A stretch of 64,000 nt of DNA from the human T2T-CHM13v2.0 reference genome, Homo sapiens (GCF_009914755.1 NC_060926.1); one strand, 5' to 3'; shown: positions 30,636 to 46,195, numbered from the stretch's first letter. Notes: generated from the sequence alone by a model not told the origin. Numbers and translations are program-made.

Positions 30636-30834
30636 CTAACACTATCTCTAAGGACTCTTTGATTTCTGACATTTGTTCAAGAAATACTCATTTGCTCATT
30701 GCCAACATTTTCTGGTTCTATAATCCTTTCTGGGTACTGGATCACTATGCTGATCCTCTGGATCAGAAACCACACCCCCCACAGGAGGTCAGTTCTACCA
30801 CCCAAAACTCAGCAGTAGCCATAGATGAAAGGAA

Positions 30835-31196
30835 TAGTCATGCACTGCATAATAATGTTTTAGTTAACGATGGACCACATATATAATGGTGGTCCCACTG
30901 TATTATCTAGTGAAGTCATAGGCTTTGTATTGTAGTGCAACACATTACCTTTTCTACATTTAGATATACAAATACTTACCAGTATGTTATAACTGCCTAC
31001 AGTATTAAGTACAGCAACATACTGTACAGGTTTGCAGCCTAGTAGCAATAGGCTATACCATATAGCCTAGGTGTGTAGTAGACTATATACCATCTAGGCT
31101 TGTGTAAGTATACTCTATGATGTTCACACAACAACAAAATCACCTAATGACACATTTTTTAGAACATATCCTCTCTGCTAAGCAACATATGACTGT
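30835..31196. mobile_element. Tigger3a/MER7-like DNA transposon
   Basis: tagtcatgcactgcataataatg ... aagcaacatatgactg termini. Internal ggtttgcagcctagtagcaataggctatacc. Confidence 0.8.
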
Positions 31197-32096
31197 ACAT
31201 GTTTGGCTTCCAGTCAAGATTCTGAACACTTACTTCAGAAAAGGCAGAGCAATCTGGATTCATTCTCCTTCCTTTGAAATAAAGGGAGATTGTCAAATAA
31301 ATTATAAACAATCTCTGCTTTGACAAGTAGGAAAACTGTAGAATAACCACTTGCCTGAAAAAGCTGTTTGGAATACATAAGAGAATCTACCGTTGACATT
31401 TCAAGTAATCTCAAATAAGCTTAACTTTTCCCCCTTTCAAAGGAAAGGAAAAGAAAGGTTTCCATGTAAAGATACTGATTTACCTTGACACTTGGAGAAC
31501 GTGAAGAATCACCGAAAACTCCTCAATATAAATTGCATAAGCTGATATATTATTCAATAGTAGACAATCTCTTGGTTTCAAATTCAGTACACCCTGACTT
31601 GACTCAATATACTTCTAAGTTAAATGGCAAGTATAGTTCATTCTACTGGGTAAAACTTCTTTTCATTTCTTCCCTCCAGAGATCTACGGTAACGTCACAA
31701 AAGACAACCTCACAGAAAAGCAAATTCCAAAGTTAAGAAATGCAGAACTTATATTAATAATGCCTCCCTAGGCTCTCTGATCTTCCTATTTAAAGAAAAA
31801 AAAAATCAAAAACCTAAGAAAGGAAATGTGGATTTTAGCTGCCTGACTATGTGGCCTTCATCTTAGCACTGTAATTAGCTTGCTATATATAGGTCTTTGG
31901 CCAATCCAGTTAATCTCTCCGACCCTCAACTTTCTCATCTAGAAAATAGGAAGCAATCAATTACAATTCTCTTAAAAGTACTAGCTTAGCTTTAAGTATC
32001 TACAGTTCGCCTCCACTTTCAAGTTTAGTCAACAATGCTAAGATCATACATTTGTAGAATAGTATAAATAGGCAGTAGTTCAAAACAAGTTAATGG

Positions 32097-32232
32097 ATCA
32101 GGGGTGGTGGCCCACACCTGTAATTCCAGCACTTTGGGAGGCCAAGATAGAGGGATTGCTTTGAGGCCAGGAGCTTGAAACCAGCCTGGTCAACATAGTG
32201 AGATCCCATTTCTTTAAAAAACAAAATAAAAC
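32097..32232 (+). mobile_element. FLAM / Alu left monomer
   Basis: Single monomer with TSD acaagttaat. Confidence 0.85.
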
Positions 32233-32882
32233 ACAAGTTAATAAAGTTTCTACCTGCTTATCACTACTCTCCATCTGTTACTCCTATCTTAGGACCATTA
32301 TGATTGTAATATTCTCTTTAATTATTATGCAGAATAACATGAAAGGTTTGCAGTAGATCGCCAGAGTATTTTGAGAATTAAAAAAAAAGAAAGAATAAAA
32401 CGTAAAACACCCATATTTAAAACAGGGGATAAAGACTATATTTAAAAGACTTTGTGTTCCATAGGTATGTTTCAGGAAATCCATGATTCCCAGATCCTAG
32501 GTGGATTTTGTATATATAGGTAGATGTACATATATGCATTTTTAAGAAAAAAAGTTTCCAATAGTTTCCATCTGGTTACCAAATAGGTTAAAAACCACAA
32601 ATTTAAAGATTTTATTTCAAATTGTCTACCAAAGGAAGAGGCAATTATGACTGATCACTACCTAACAGTTCACCATGAATCAGCATTTCAAGCACATTTA
32701 AATATAACACTTTGCTAACCAACATATCCATCAGATATAAAAGGCTAAAAACAAAAATAAACAAGACTTAAACACTGAAAAGGTCAGAAATTTACTACTG
32801 AAGCTAATCTAATATCAGTAGTCAACAATGCAGTCGAACAAAGTGTGGCATTTTTTTCTTTTAATACCTTAAGGTAGAGAAA

Positions 32883-32901
32883 GACTGCCATCTAGTGATG
32901 G
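32883..32901 (-). promoter_or_regulatory. Candidate CTCF motif
   Basis: Reverse strand reads catCACTAGATGGCAGtc. Motif match only. Confidence 0.4.
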
Positions 32902-34019
32902 CCCTTTTCTAACATTCCTTGAAATGATGTGGCCTTACAAGTAAACAGGACCGCTTAAAAATCTAAAAACTATATTCCATAATACCTGTTGGTCAGAGAC
33001 TTATAGCTGATTACTAAATGATATGTAAGGTACTCTAATGTTTAAATTTCCATTACTATTAGAAAGCAGGATCTTGAGAACAAAGGCATAGGTTTTTGAC
33101 ATGTCCAGGTTATGTTGCAGTTAAACAAGACAATCTATGGAATAAACTGCACCACTAGTTTAATTATTTGTGATAATCTCAATAATATTCTTAGTAAAGT
33201 ATATACTTTACTATAGTACTTAGTAAAAGGCAAACAAGAAGAAATATATGGAAATTAACTAAACTTTTTATAGCCTAAATTTGACTCAACTAAATAAATG
33301 CTGCCATGTGGAGTCTGGTTTCCAAAAACCCCCAAATAAACCACCGGTTTGTGCAAAAAGTAAATTATTTATCCTTGTATAACTATCTGGTGCATAGCTC
33401 TAGATTTCATAATGATACTATATCCATAGCCCACCTAAATTTCATGTGCATATTAAGAGATCTTAATTTATAAAATGGCACTTGAGTAATTCTGTTGAAC
33501 AAATATTTACCATTCACCTGTACCAAACCACTACAGGATTATATCACTTGCTTAGAGCCTATATTAATTCAAATTTGCTTGTCAAAGAAGGAGGAAAAAT
33601 AATGTTATAAGCATTATTTCATTTAAATCCAATGCATCTTATAAATTAGACATTATTCCCATTTTATAAATGAGAAACCTGTAACCCAAGATGAAGCAAC
33701 TTGCCAACTTCACATAGCTAGAAAGTGTCCTCTCTACTGCATCAGTCTATCTCTTTGAACAAGGAAAGCAAGCAGGTGGCATGGGCCCCCAAAATGTTAG
33801 TTGAAACAGGTCTTAGAGATGGAAGACAAAGCTCTCATTGTACACTCAAGGAAACTGAGGCCCAGGCAAGTTAAATGCCTTAATCAAAATTAATTGCTTG
33901 CTACGATACAATTAGGCCTGACCCCCAAAGAAAACAGAAAAAGCTAATGCAATATGAAGCCCAACACAAAGCTAAGTGGTTTAAAAAGAGAGAGAGAGAG
34001 ACAAACTTCTACTTCAAGA

Positions 34020-34550
34020 TGAGTAAGTTGCCTATTAGTTGTGCCTACACAACTATTCTCTTCTTCCTCCTATTGGAAGAGTCCCAATTCATTCTGATAT
34101 TTCTGTCCTACCACAAAGGATAAATATTAATTAGTCTGTAAACCAATCATGGTAATTGCATTCTCTTTGTGAGTGACCAGTTAATATATGGTGGTCAGTG
34201 ACACACTTATCTCACCAATGAGAAGGAAAATCTGGCAGTGAGGATCCAAGAAAAGGTTTTCTTTCCTGAAGCATTCAGGAAAAGAAACTGCTTTTCCTGC
34301 CTTAGACATTGTCCTGTGAAAGCATAATGTTTGAGGATGCAGTAACCATTCTGAAAAGGAAGAAGATATTGCCCAAAAAATCTTAGAATGGCAAAGGGGA
34401 AAATGGAAAACACTCGGCTCTTTGATAGTGATGCAATCCTGAAACAGCCCTATCTCCAAACATCATGTTATATGACTTAATAAATTTCCCATTGTTTAAG
34501 CCACTTTCCCTTGATATTCTGCTACTTGCAAAGGAAAGTATCCTAAATGA
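34020..34550 (+). mobile_element. MLT1-like solo LTR
   Basis: aaccaatcatggtaattgcattctc...aataaatttcccattgtttaagccact...ctgctacttgca. Confidence 0.65.
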
Positions 34551-36380
34551 TGCAACATTGTTCAGTCTTCAAAGGTAACAAGCAAATCAAAGAAACAACC
34601 AAGAGCAAGTCAGAGTCTACACACTTTACAAAGCAATCTTGTTCCCTGGACCTAGGCCATTCTTCTCCTTTTGCTTCTAGTTTAGTTAAGAGTAACTCCC
34701 ATTTGCCTCTCAATTTTCAGCTTGCACCTTTTCTGGGAAACCTTCCCTAATCACATAGATTCTATTATGTGCTCCTCCTCGGTGATTATCATTTTTACAG
34801 AATTTATTAAACTATATCTGATTGTCCATTCACTTGCCAATCTCCCCATACTAGAATGCTAATCTCCTTGTGGGGAGAGACTATGTCTTACCCATTTTAT
34901 CTCTACCTGCTGGCACACAGCCTGGCACAGAGGAGGTCCTCCATATAAGATGAAGATGGAAAAAGGTAGGAGACTAACTGATGAGGATTTCTAGTTGTTT
35001 CAGAGGTGGATGCAAAAGTGTATCCCATGATACAAAGCATTTCTGTTGAGATGTTTTCAGAACCACGGAGAACTTCAAGACACAATGAACTGAACATTTT
35101 GGTTTTTGTTTTTGATTAATTCAAGGAAAAATTCCAGAGTTTATTCTGGTCTTTTCTTTTTCATATATATGTTTTTAAACTTCTGTCATGGTTTTATTCC
35201 TCAAACATTTTCTTCTCATTAAGCTCCATAAAAGCATCATTAGTATTTTTGTTTATTCCAAATGTTAAAAATAAAGTGGAAAAACAGATTTGTGCATGAT
35301 GTTGAAAGAGAAACTGCAGGAGGTCAAAAGGAGTTTAAAGTCCCTTCTCCTTACTTCAGTTTGTCTATCAGTTTAATTCCAACCTTAGTATTGTAATCTG
35401 GATGCTCTGGGTGCATAACGATGAAGGAGATCAATCAGATCATCATCAATGACAGGAGAAGCATATGCTAGTTAACATGAATTCTAACTGAACACTATAC
35501 CCAAATATTTTTGTACTGCCACAGGAGATCAAATACATTCAAATCCTTTTTCCAGCTCTGAAGATACCAAGGTATCCAACTGGCTTCACACAAAGATAGC
35601 CCATATAACCAAAAGAATGCTGTGATGCAGATTTCTCTCAAGGCAGGAAGGGAACCCCAATGATGGCTATTTCCAGAGGAATAAAAGCAGGGTGGAGCAG
35701 CTTCAACTGACACCTAGCCAAAGGGCCTACTAAAACCTGGTTTTGGTTAAATACCACAGGAAAGTGGAGAAGGGGAAATTGTCCCAAAACATCAGTCAAA
35801 TCAACAACAGACTATTAGGAAATAAACTAATGAAAACAAGGAAACTCCAAATTAAGAACATAGAGACTGCCATAATTGCTACTATGATAATGTCACACTA
35901 TTAGAACAAGTAATCACCAACAGTAACTGAAGATATAAAGGCAAAACAGGATTATTAGTGGCTTCACTTTGTCCTTTGTATCTATTTGTGTTAGGTGCAA
36001 AAAGATTTTATTTCATTGTATCTTTCAGTGGTGGTCATGAAATCTGGCAGATAAAAGTTAGATCATGAATGTTGCTGCTAATTATAAGATAAGATATAAA
36101 AAAGTACCTCTACAGCCTGGTGATACTTATTGACTCTAACCTAGAAAACTGCTGAAAGCAGAGTACTAATACAGTTGTTTAGGAGTTATAATACACTTGG
36201 TAGGTTAGCTCTGGTCTCACTGCATGTAATTCAGTGTGTTAAGTTTAACACTTAAACATGTGATGTTGGAGCTAGATGAAATGACCAGTTCACTTAGTAT
36301 CTATCATCAACATAATGAGTCTGAATCTAGGGCATGTTGATAAAACTCTTCCAGATTCTTTACAAAAGATATTCAGTAGC

Positions 36381-36521
36381 AGGGTGGTGCAAAAGTAATT
36401 GCGGTTTTGCCATTACTTTTAATTTTTGCCATTAAAGCGGAAAGTAATTGCAGTTTTGCCACTACTTTTAATGTTTGCCATTAAAAAAATCACAAAACTG
36501 CAATTACTTTTGCACCACCCT
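36381..36521. mobile_element. MADE1 (Hsmar1-derived MITE) with internal duplication
   Basis: agggtggtgcaaaagtaattgcggttttg ... caaaactgcaattacttttgcaccaccct inverted termini. Confidence 0.9.
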
Positions 36522-38007
36522 ACATATTTAATTAAATAATTACTCTGAAGACATATGCAAATATTAAGAGACTGTGTATTAAGTATTGAAACATGATTCT
36601 ACTGAGAGAAAAAAGAAAAATGAATAATTTTTGGAACACTTCGGTCTCCACACTTAAAATTATCATTATGGTTCTGATGATAGGTATCATTAAGCTATTA
36701 ACAGAGAAAGACAAACCAATAATGGTTAACACTAGTATGGTAGAAACACAGCAGTGAATAGCCATGATCCACTTATGCATGTAGATTTAATGTGGACTTA
36801 ACAAAATAGACCATGCAAGTTTCCTAGAATCTCTGAATCAAACCCTAATAAATGTAAGTAACCTCATTTGTAGATGTATATGTTATGTATACTATATATA
36901 TAAATGCATGTATTATATATAGTATATATGCTATATATGTGGGTGACACATATATACATATACATACCTCACACACACACATACCTACACACACACAAAC
37001 ACACACACACACTTTTTTCTAATTTTCTGAGAAAGAACCAGACCTAACAACACCACATTCAACTCCTGGTCCAATTTCACCCGTAAGTGGTTGTTTGCTG
37101 ATACCCCATGGCCAAAAGTGACCACAATTTAAAACTCTTTAACTCTATAAGCAATTAAGTACATGAAAGAGGATGGATGGAAAGGCATCAGAGTAGTTTC
37201 CATCCTAAAACATAATAAAGAACAAAGCAGGCAAAATAGGATGAAGTTCCATGAACCGTATGGAAGATTGGATACACTGTGAAAAACATTTCTACTATCA
37301 AACTCCTAATCACCTCTAACCACCTCTAACCTAATCTCTCTAATCACCTCTGACCTAATGCTTCTATTTTATAGCCATACAGAGAAAAAGAGACATGGCC
37401 TATTGCCCACACAAGATGGGGAGTCAAATCAGAGGCCTTCAAATGAATGAAGCGAAGATACCCCAGAATACATCATTAGTAAAAGATAAAATAGAAAAAC
37501 ACTTCCTCATAAAGGGAGACTGCAAGTAAACTTGCCTATCTGGTGTTAGCTCTGGGTGAGGGAAGGAGAAAACTCCCATGATAATTTGAAAGCACATGCC
37601 AGCCTTCTCACAGAAGGGAGGTCTACACTCATACTATCAATCTTCTGTGGTCTGAGAAATCTCAACTGACAATTTATTTTTAAAGTAGTCCCAGCATGGT
37701 TGTTAATACCCTCAAATAACCAACTGAAGCAAAGGCAAATCTTCTCCAGAGAAATATACCTTAACCTATACTTCTAGGAATTCTCACAAATAATACTCCA
37801 TTGAACTGGAACTTAAGTATCAAAAGTCATAAAACATACAAGGAAACAAAGTATAAAAACAAGAATCAGAAGAAACACAAATAGCAAAATCAGGCTTGCA
37901 ATGGCTTAAAATTAATATGTATACATTAAAAATAAATGTGTAAGATGTTTAAAGAAATATAAAAAGGAATTACCAAGAAAAGAAAAAAAAACTATCAAAA
38001 ATGAATA

Positions 38008-38516
38008 TATGAACCCAAAATACCTGAGACAGGTCTCAGTCAACTTACAGAGTTTATTTTGCCAAGGTTAAGAACACACCTGTGACATAGCCTCAGGAGG
38101 TCCTGATGACATGTGCCCAAGCTGATTGAGATACAGCTTGCTATTATACATTTTAGAAAGACATAATACATCAATCAATACATGTAAGATTTAGATTGGT
38201 ATGATCTGGAAGGGCAGGACAATTTGAAGTGGGGAAGGGCTTCCAGGTCATACGTAGATTTAAAATTTTTCTGATTGGCAACTGGCTGAAAGAGTTATTA
38301 TCAGTAGAAAGGAATGTCTGGGTTACAATAAGGGGTTGTAGAGACCAAGGTTTTATCATGCAGATGAAGCCGCCAAGTAGCAGGCTGCAGAGAGAATAGA
38401 CTGTAAATGTTTCTCATCAGACTTAGATTTTCAGGTTAACTCTGGAATGCCCTTGACCGAGAGGAAGGGTCCATTGAGATGGTGGGGGCACCTTAAAATT
38501 TTATTTTTGGTTTACA
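38008..38516 (-). mobile_element. MER4-family ERV1 solo LTR
   Basis: Reverse strand begins tgtaaaccaaaaataaaatt and ends gagacctgtctcaggtattttgggttcata. 4-bp TSD aata at 38004-38007 and 38517-38520. Inserted in an old L1. Confidence 0.85.
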
Positions 38517-38829
38517 AATAGATAATCTGGAAATGAAATATAGAACTTTTAGAATAAAAACTATAACAACTGTTATTTGAAACAAGAAATGGAAAGGAAA
38601 ATACTTAACTAGGAGGTGTATATATAAACAGTACAAAATGCAGAAAGACGAAAGACGGAAAACACTAAAGAAGAGAATGGAGAATACAATGGGTTTAATG
38701 GGAGCTCCAGTAAGAAATAAGAGGCAGGTAAAATTTTTTTAAAATAGTTGTGAAGTTCCTAGAATTGATAAAAGATGTAATGAAGTTGTGATCCTCAAAA
38801 TAAAAAGACATAAGCCTTACCAAAAGCAG

Positions 38830-40820
38830 CCCCATCTCTGCTCAGTTACATCTATCAAACATTTAGAACTGGCTGCCTATTTATCCCTTCTCTTCATAGC
38901 TAAACTTTGGTAGCATGCAGAAGCTTGCTATGATGGAGCTAATTATATAAATATATGGACCCCTAGACCCATGCAAACTTTTGGTATGTCTTTTATCAGC
39001 TCATTCTTCCATTACTTACAGCATCATTTCCAAACTGTCACCATTCTCTTTAAGATGCCAATCTCAATCCTACAACTGCCTTTCACAATAAATGGTGTTG
39101 TCATGTATTACATTTAAAAAATTCAGGCTTATTAGGCACAAAATATTCTTAACTTCTTGCATTCCAATACACAAATCTGTCTATATCTCTGTCTACCCTG
39201 ATATTTGTTCCTTCTTATCTCTATGAAATAGATAGGTCATCTCAATGCAAGACTAATCCTATGTTCTAAAAATCTCATATATCTTCCACTCCAGGAAGGT
39301 TATTCCATCAATACTTTCTTTGGTGGGGGGAAGCTGATTTCTTTCGAAACATGCCCCCATCTTAACAAAACAACACAGCCCATTATTTTAAAGAAAAAAA
39401 AATGCACTAAATGAAAATCTCTCTTCTGATAAATTTCCTTCTGGCATCCTTTCCCTTCCCTTTCTCTCTCTCACTCTCTCTCTCTCTCTCTCTCTCCCTC
39501 CTTCCCTCTTCCCTCCCTCCCTCACCCCTGCCTTTTCTCAGTTAAGATCTTAAAAGAGCACACTATACTTACTGCCTCCATTTCCTCAAATTAGACTCGC
39601 TCTTCAAACCAGTGTAATCTGTTTCTTACCTATAACCACTCACAATGAACATATTCTTGCTAAAGTCAATAAAAGACTATTAATTGTCAAATCAAATATT
39701 CACTTTTAATTTCATCATTTACTTGACTCCACTTTTGTATGTGCCACCATGAACTATCCCCTCTTTTTAAAATCTCTATTCCCACGGCTTCTATTACACT
39801 CCTTCTTGGTTCTCCCCATTCTCAGTCTCCTTCAATAATTCTTCTTCTTCCCTCTACCCCTGAATACCTCCTTGACCACTTCTTCTCACTCTTCACATAT
39901 ATATATACCCTCAGAGATCTCATCAATACCTCAGTTGTTAGTATTAAACAAGTCTGGTTACCAAACCAATAATACCAGGATATATCTCTGTCAAGTCCTA
40001 TAAACCTGACTCAAAGACATCGCAAACCGTGCATGTCAAAAACTACTCGGCTGGGCATGGTGGCATGTACCTATAGTCCCAGCCACTCAGGAGGCTGAAA
40101 TGGGAGGATCTCTTGAACCCAGGAGTTCAAACCCAGCCCAGATAATATGGCAAGGGGCATGTCTCTTGAATTAAAAAAAAAAAAAGAATTTAACTTTCTA
40201 CCCAAACCCACATTTCACTCCTAGTATTCACCATCTCAATTGAAGATAACACCAGCCACTGAGTTACCTAAACTAGAAATATGTACATTAACCTTGACAC
40301 CTCACTTCACCTCACACCTCCTCATAACTAGTCACCAAGACCTACCGCTTCTAATTAAATAATGGCTCTTCTATGCTCTTTCCCCTCCCTATTCTCCCCA
40401 GCTACTGCCTTGACTCATGTCCTTATCATCTCTCTTCTGAACACTGTTTTTATCACTTTCCCCTTATATTCGTAACAATCCATCTTCAATACTTCTTTGA
40501 CAGTAATTTTTTAAATGAGACCTTGTACTTGGAAATTGAAAGACAGAAATACACACACATACACACAACTTCAGGATCTTGTTTCAGGATCAAGTCCAAA
40601 GTCCCTAGCATAGTATGTAAGATGCCCTCCATGTCCAGCATTATCTCTGAATACTCCCCACATTCACTCTACAACTCTACTTGAAGTTCCTTGAGTGTAG
40701 CATGTATTCCCTCTGCCTGCAATGTCCTTACCATCACTTCTCTGGCAAATTCCTACTCATCTTTCAAGGTTCAGCTCAAAACTCAACTCTTTCCTAAAAC
40801 GTCTCTCCTTAATACAACTA
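38830..40820. mobile_element. L2 fragments with a CT-rich tract (39450-39530) and FLAM_A (40049-40185)
   Basis: caaattcctactcatctttcaaggttcagctcaaa and other L2 motifs. Confidence 0.6.
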
Positions 40821-40867
40821 CTATAACCTGATACAGAAGCTCCTTACCTTTTTAGTTTTTAGGATTT

Positions 40868-41842
<975 letters not shown>

Positions 41843-44180
41843 TAGTCTAGTTCGATAAGGAATATATTTAAAAATCTATTTTTTTTAATGAAACAAAATC
41901 TATTGAAGCACCTAGCCCTATCCTTGATAAGGAGTGTATGATAAGGATATAGGATAAGAATTACTCCTTAACAGTCATGGTATAATCATTCACCAACTGG
42001 CTCTCACTTTGACACTGTATAAATTTGAACTGGCCTTGAACCTATGAAGCCATATGTGGTTTGAGGTGAATTTCACCAGGAGTACTGTCATCTTGTTTTG
42101 CCTCAAAGTTCTTGAACAAATGCCTAGTATTATCCAGAAGTTACATTAGGATAATGGGCCTAGAAATGAATGGGCACCACTACTAATGATATTTACTGGT
42201 GGAAAGCACAGTTCATGTCCTTTTGCTTTGAAATGTTTATTTGTTCATATTTTTGAAAGGGTACTACGGTGAACACTCTATACAGTAATGATTTATTTAC
42301 ATGTCTATCTCCCCTATAAGACCATGAGTTCCTTGAGAGTTTACACCTGGAACAATGGCTGTATCCCACAGAGAAAGCATTATAAAGTGACAAAGAGCCA
42401 AAGCAGTGCCCAAAAATGTTTCAACATTTCATCTTACCCCAAAGAGAAGCACTAGAGTTCAATAATAAATATTTTTACCAAAAAGTTAATTCAAGTTCTA
42501 GCAGTGCAAATAATTTGCACTTCAGCTAAAATGTTAAACAGAAAAAGAAAGAAACAGAGGAAGAAAGGAGAAATTTAGATGGCTAAAGGAAATCTATTGT
42601 AGGAGGAGAGTAGTGTCTGGCAATAATTTGTTATTTCCCTAGCTCTCCTCTAACCTCCTCTGGAAGCTAGGAGAAGGAAGATGATTAAACTGCAACAAGA
42701 CCTGGCTCTGAAGAGAACTGATGTTTCTGGCCCTTGTTGCCAACAGAAGGGGGAGGGTGACAGCAGTCCCTACGGGCTTTTAGAAAAAATTGCTTCCAGG
42801 TGGAAATTTTTTATGGTACTGAGCAGCCTGGAGCCATTTTTGGCTTTACTTCTTAACTACTGATGATTAAACCATGGACAATCAGGCTGCAACAATGGAA
42901 ACAGACAGCTCTCAAACATCATGGTTATATGCTCCAAATTACAAAGTTAACTCTCAAAGGAGAGAAACATTTTGTTGGCAAAATCTTTTTTTAAGGGGGA
43001 CGTTTTTAACTGTGTTGGGGCGGGGGTTGTCAGGTGGAGTCTGTTAAAGATTTATATTTGGTAAAACATAAAAGTAGCCAAGAACTCTGTATCATAATGA
43101 TAAACATCAGTCCCATGCCAAACCTAGACACTGTAATGCAGAGTCATAGGGAGCTGAACAAAGGACAATGCTAAATGTCCTGGTATTTCAAAATTTTTCA
43201 TTACTTTATTTTGGCCTGGATTAAGCATTCTATTAAATGATTATCATAGATGTCTGTAGGGAAATCCAGCCACACAACATGTGGGACAGCTAAGTCGATT
43301 TATAACCTAATCATGGTTCTGAAAAAAGTTGTGATATATATTTCTGAGTTTGGAGTGATGGCTCAAGAACATTAGCAGAAAAAAGTTACTTATAGTACCA
43401 ACTCATATGAAAAGCAAACAAAAACAGAGACCAATTATTTGACCACCCAGTAATTTAATCTATGCTATTTTATTACTGCACTATCATCCATACCATTAAA
43501 GGTTAAATTCAGCCCAAAATTATAAAATAGTAGTAAAAGTAAGCATTTTTAAAATACGTGCCAAATCCTGTTAAACATTTTATATTCACTAACTCACTTA
43601 TTCCCCAAATATAATCCTAGCAGAATAGTTATTATCATCATTTTGCACATGAAGCAACCTTTTTCACATTGCCAGTACATAGAAGCATTTACCTTTCCCA
43701 GGTTGCCACAGTTATATAAAGTATAATAAAATGAAGGAAAAAGGATGAGGGAAAGGAAAAGGAAGATGAGTAAAAGGAAGAGGAAGAGGAGAGTAAGAAG
43801 GAAGGTGAGGTGAAGAAACAGATGTAAAACTATATACACATTCAATATAAAGATAAATATGTTCAAATATTTTAATTCAATTCTATAGAAAACAATCAAG
43901 GACAGAAAGAAAACCAGCAAACTAATACAATGTTTAGATGATGCAATTCTGAATTTTTTCTATTTCTGTATTACTTTATCTATTACTTAAATAAACATGT
44001 ATTGCTTTTCCAACTGAAAAAATAAAATGCATTTAAGAATCTAGAATAGTAACTGGTTCATAGTAGATGCTCAATAAAATATTACTTAAAATGAAAACCA
44101 AACAACAACAAAAATTCAGTGTAACTACAAGTCTAATTTTCAATAATTATCTAAAATAAAATAAATGCTTAAAACAATAA

Positions 44181-44647
44181 TGTGGCGGTTAACAATAACA
44201 AAATGGAGTCACTTATGTCAAAACTTTAACCAAAATGAAGTCGGGGAAGGCCATAAAGAAACTCTCTCCCTTGCATTCCTGAAATATCTGGACATCTTGT
44301 TAGTACTTGTACACAGAGCAAACAGAGATTATCACAGGAATTTCCTCTGGCCTACAGTATTTCAGATAAGACATTCAGACCTGGACAGTTGCCTAGCAAC
44401 AGCTATCTCCCCAAATGAATTAGTGCCAACCCCTGCAATGTGTCCCTGAGACCAATGAGCTTTGTTTCAAAGCAGTTTGTGTAAATTTCTCTTTGTCTTT
44501 AAAAATTTCCAGTTTGTCCCAGTTTTCCTCATGTGGGCCCATGATTTTCATAGCATGTACACCCTAGGTTGCAAGCCTTTGCTATTACCAAATAAACTCT
44601 TTTGTTCTAGACAGCCTATCTCTCTGAGTTTCTTTTTTAGGTTGACA
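44181..44647 (+). mobile_element. ERV1-class solo LTR (subfamily not assigned)
   Basis: TG...CA termini, aaaatggagtcac near the start, aataaa poly(A) signal, terminal tttaggttgaca. Confidence 0.7.
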
Positions 44648-44801
44648 AATGAAATGAAAACTCCTTCTCAGGATCGATCCCTCACAAACCCAAGAAGCAA
44701 TCACCACTGGTCAGAATTTTTAAAATTCAGTGTCTTTTCCATATTCTAACTTCCTCTTGTAATTAATCATGATATCAAAATGGTTTTAAAACATACATAT
44801 G

Positions 44802-45108
44802 GGCCAGGCACAGTGGCTCATGCTTGTAATCCCAGCACTTTGGGAGGCCGAGGCAGGAAGATTGCTTGAGCCAAGGATTTCGCAACCAGCCCGGGCAACA
44901 TAGCAAGATCCCAATCTCTACAAAAAGTTATAAGAATTAGCTGAGCATGGTGGTGTGTGCCTGTGGTTCCAGCTGTTCAGGAGGCTGAGGAGGGAGGATC
45001 ACTTGAACCTTACAGGTCGAGGCTGCAGTGAGCCATGTTTGCACCACTGCACTCCAGCCTGGGTGACAGAATGAGTGAGACTCTGTCTCAAAAAAAAAAA
45101 AAAAAAAA
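44802..45108 (+). mobile_element. AluJ-like
   Basis: Dimeric Alu with TSD tacatat. Confidence 0.92.
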
Positions 45109-45944
45109 AGTACATATATTTGATATCCTGAAATTCTTAATTTGAGAATTGATGTAGCAGATTCCTAGATCCCTTCCACTGCAACTACAGAACCCATAAG
45201 TTAATGTTATTTTATTATCCCTCAAATGGGAAGGGGAAAGAAGAGAGTAGCTTCAATGGTTATTATGATGGAATCTCTGTTCTATTACTAAATAACTTGA
45301 TTTGTCAACTGAAAAAGTAAGCCACTTTCTTTTGCTTCCTAGTCCACTTACAAGATATGCAAAAAAAAAACTCCCTACAAACATCATAAAGCTATTTACA
45401 AAGAAACATTTTAGACAAAAATAAATCTGGTCCCCCTCCTCTCACATCATAGGTGCCATGTTTCCATTAGGAAACAATTTTGTGTGTTTTTTCTAGAAGC
45501 ATTTGTCTGAGGACAGTATAGACTAGCCCATTTTAATAAACTCTTTAACATTGAAGTGTACAGGGAAAAAAGGAACCTCAGAGATGATCCAGCCCAATTT
45601 CACAGACATAACAAATTTTCCAGCTATGTCCATAAATACTAGTCCAAGTTCTGCTGGAACATCTCTAGTAAAAAGAAGTTCACTGCAAAGCAACCAATCC
45701 CATTTCAACAGCTGTTGCAAAGTTCTTATAGAAAACTAAAACTTACCTTTCTATAATTTTCACCATTTATCTTATTTTTGCCTTCAAAGGACCAGTGAGA
45801 ACAAGTCCTTGATCCCTTTTTCTCCTTCTCCAGACTAAACAATCTCAAATTATTCAACTATTCTACATATAAACAGCCTTTCAATTGTAGTTTTACCCTC
45901 TGGACATGTTCCAGCAGTCACTTTTCTTTAAGTGTAACAACAAA

Positions 45945-46195
45945 GGCAGTATAGCACAGTGGGCAAGAACACAGGCTTCATAGCCAGACTTTCAGGATTT
46001 GAGCCTTAGTTCTACCACTTAATAGTTGTGTGATCTTGGGCAAGTTTATTAAACCTCTGTATACTTCAGTTTCCACATCAGCAAAATGCAGATAATGGTA
46101 GGAACCAATTCATACAGTTGCTGTGTGAAGATTAAATGAGATAATGTAAGAATTCTGAACAGTACCTGGCATACAGAAAGCATTCTATAAATATT
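45945..46195 (+). mobile_element. MIR, preceded by a reverse L3/CR1 fragment (~45560-45940)
   Basis: MIR core tgtgtgatcttgggcaagtt...aacctctgtatacttcagtttcc...gaagattaaatgagataatg. Confidence 0.8.

Noticed and set aside
35280-36100. Purine-rich stretch that might be a decayed processed pseudogene or ancient LINE
   Set aside because: No recognisable protein or repeat motif by eye. A translated search would be needed.
43594-43920. Hydrophobic transmembrane-like 108-aa ORF (also 6877-7203 and 49847-50089)
   Set aside because: Reverse translation of GA-rich or A-rich low-complexity and L1 sequence yields F/L-rich pseudo-TM peptides.
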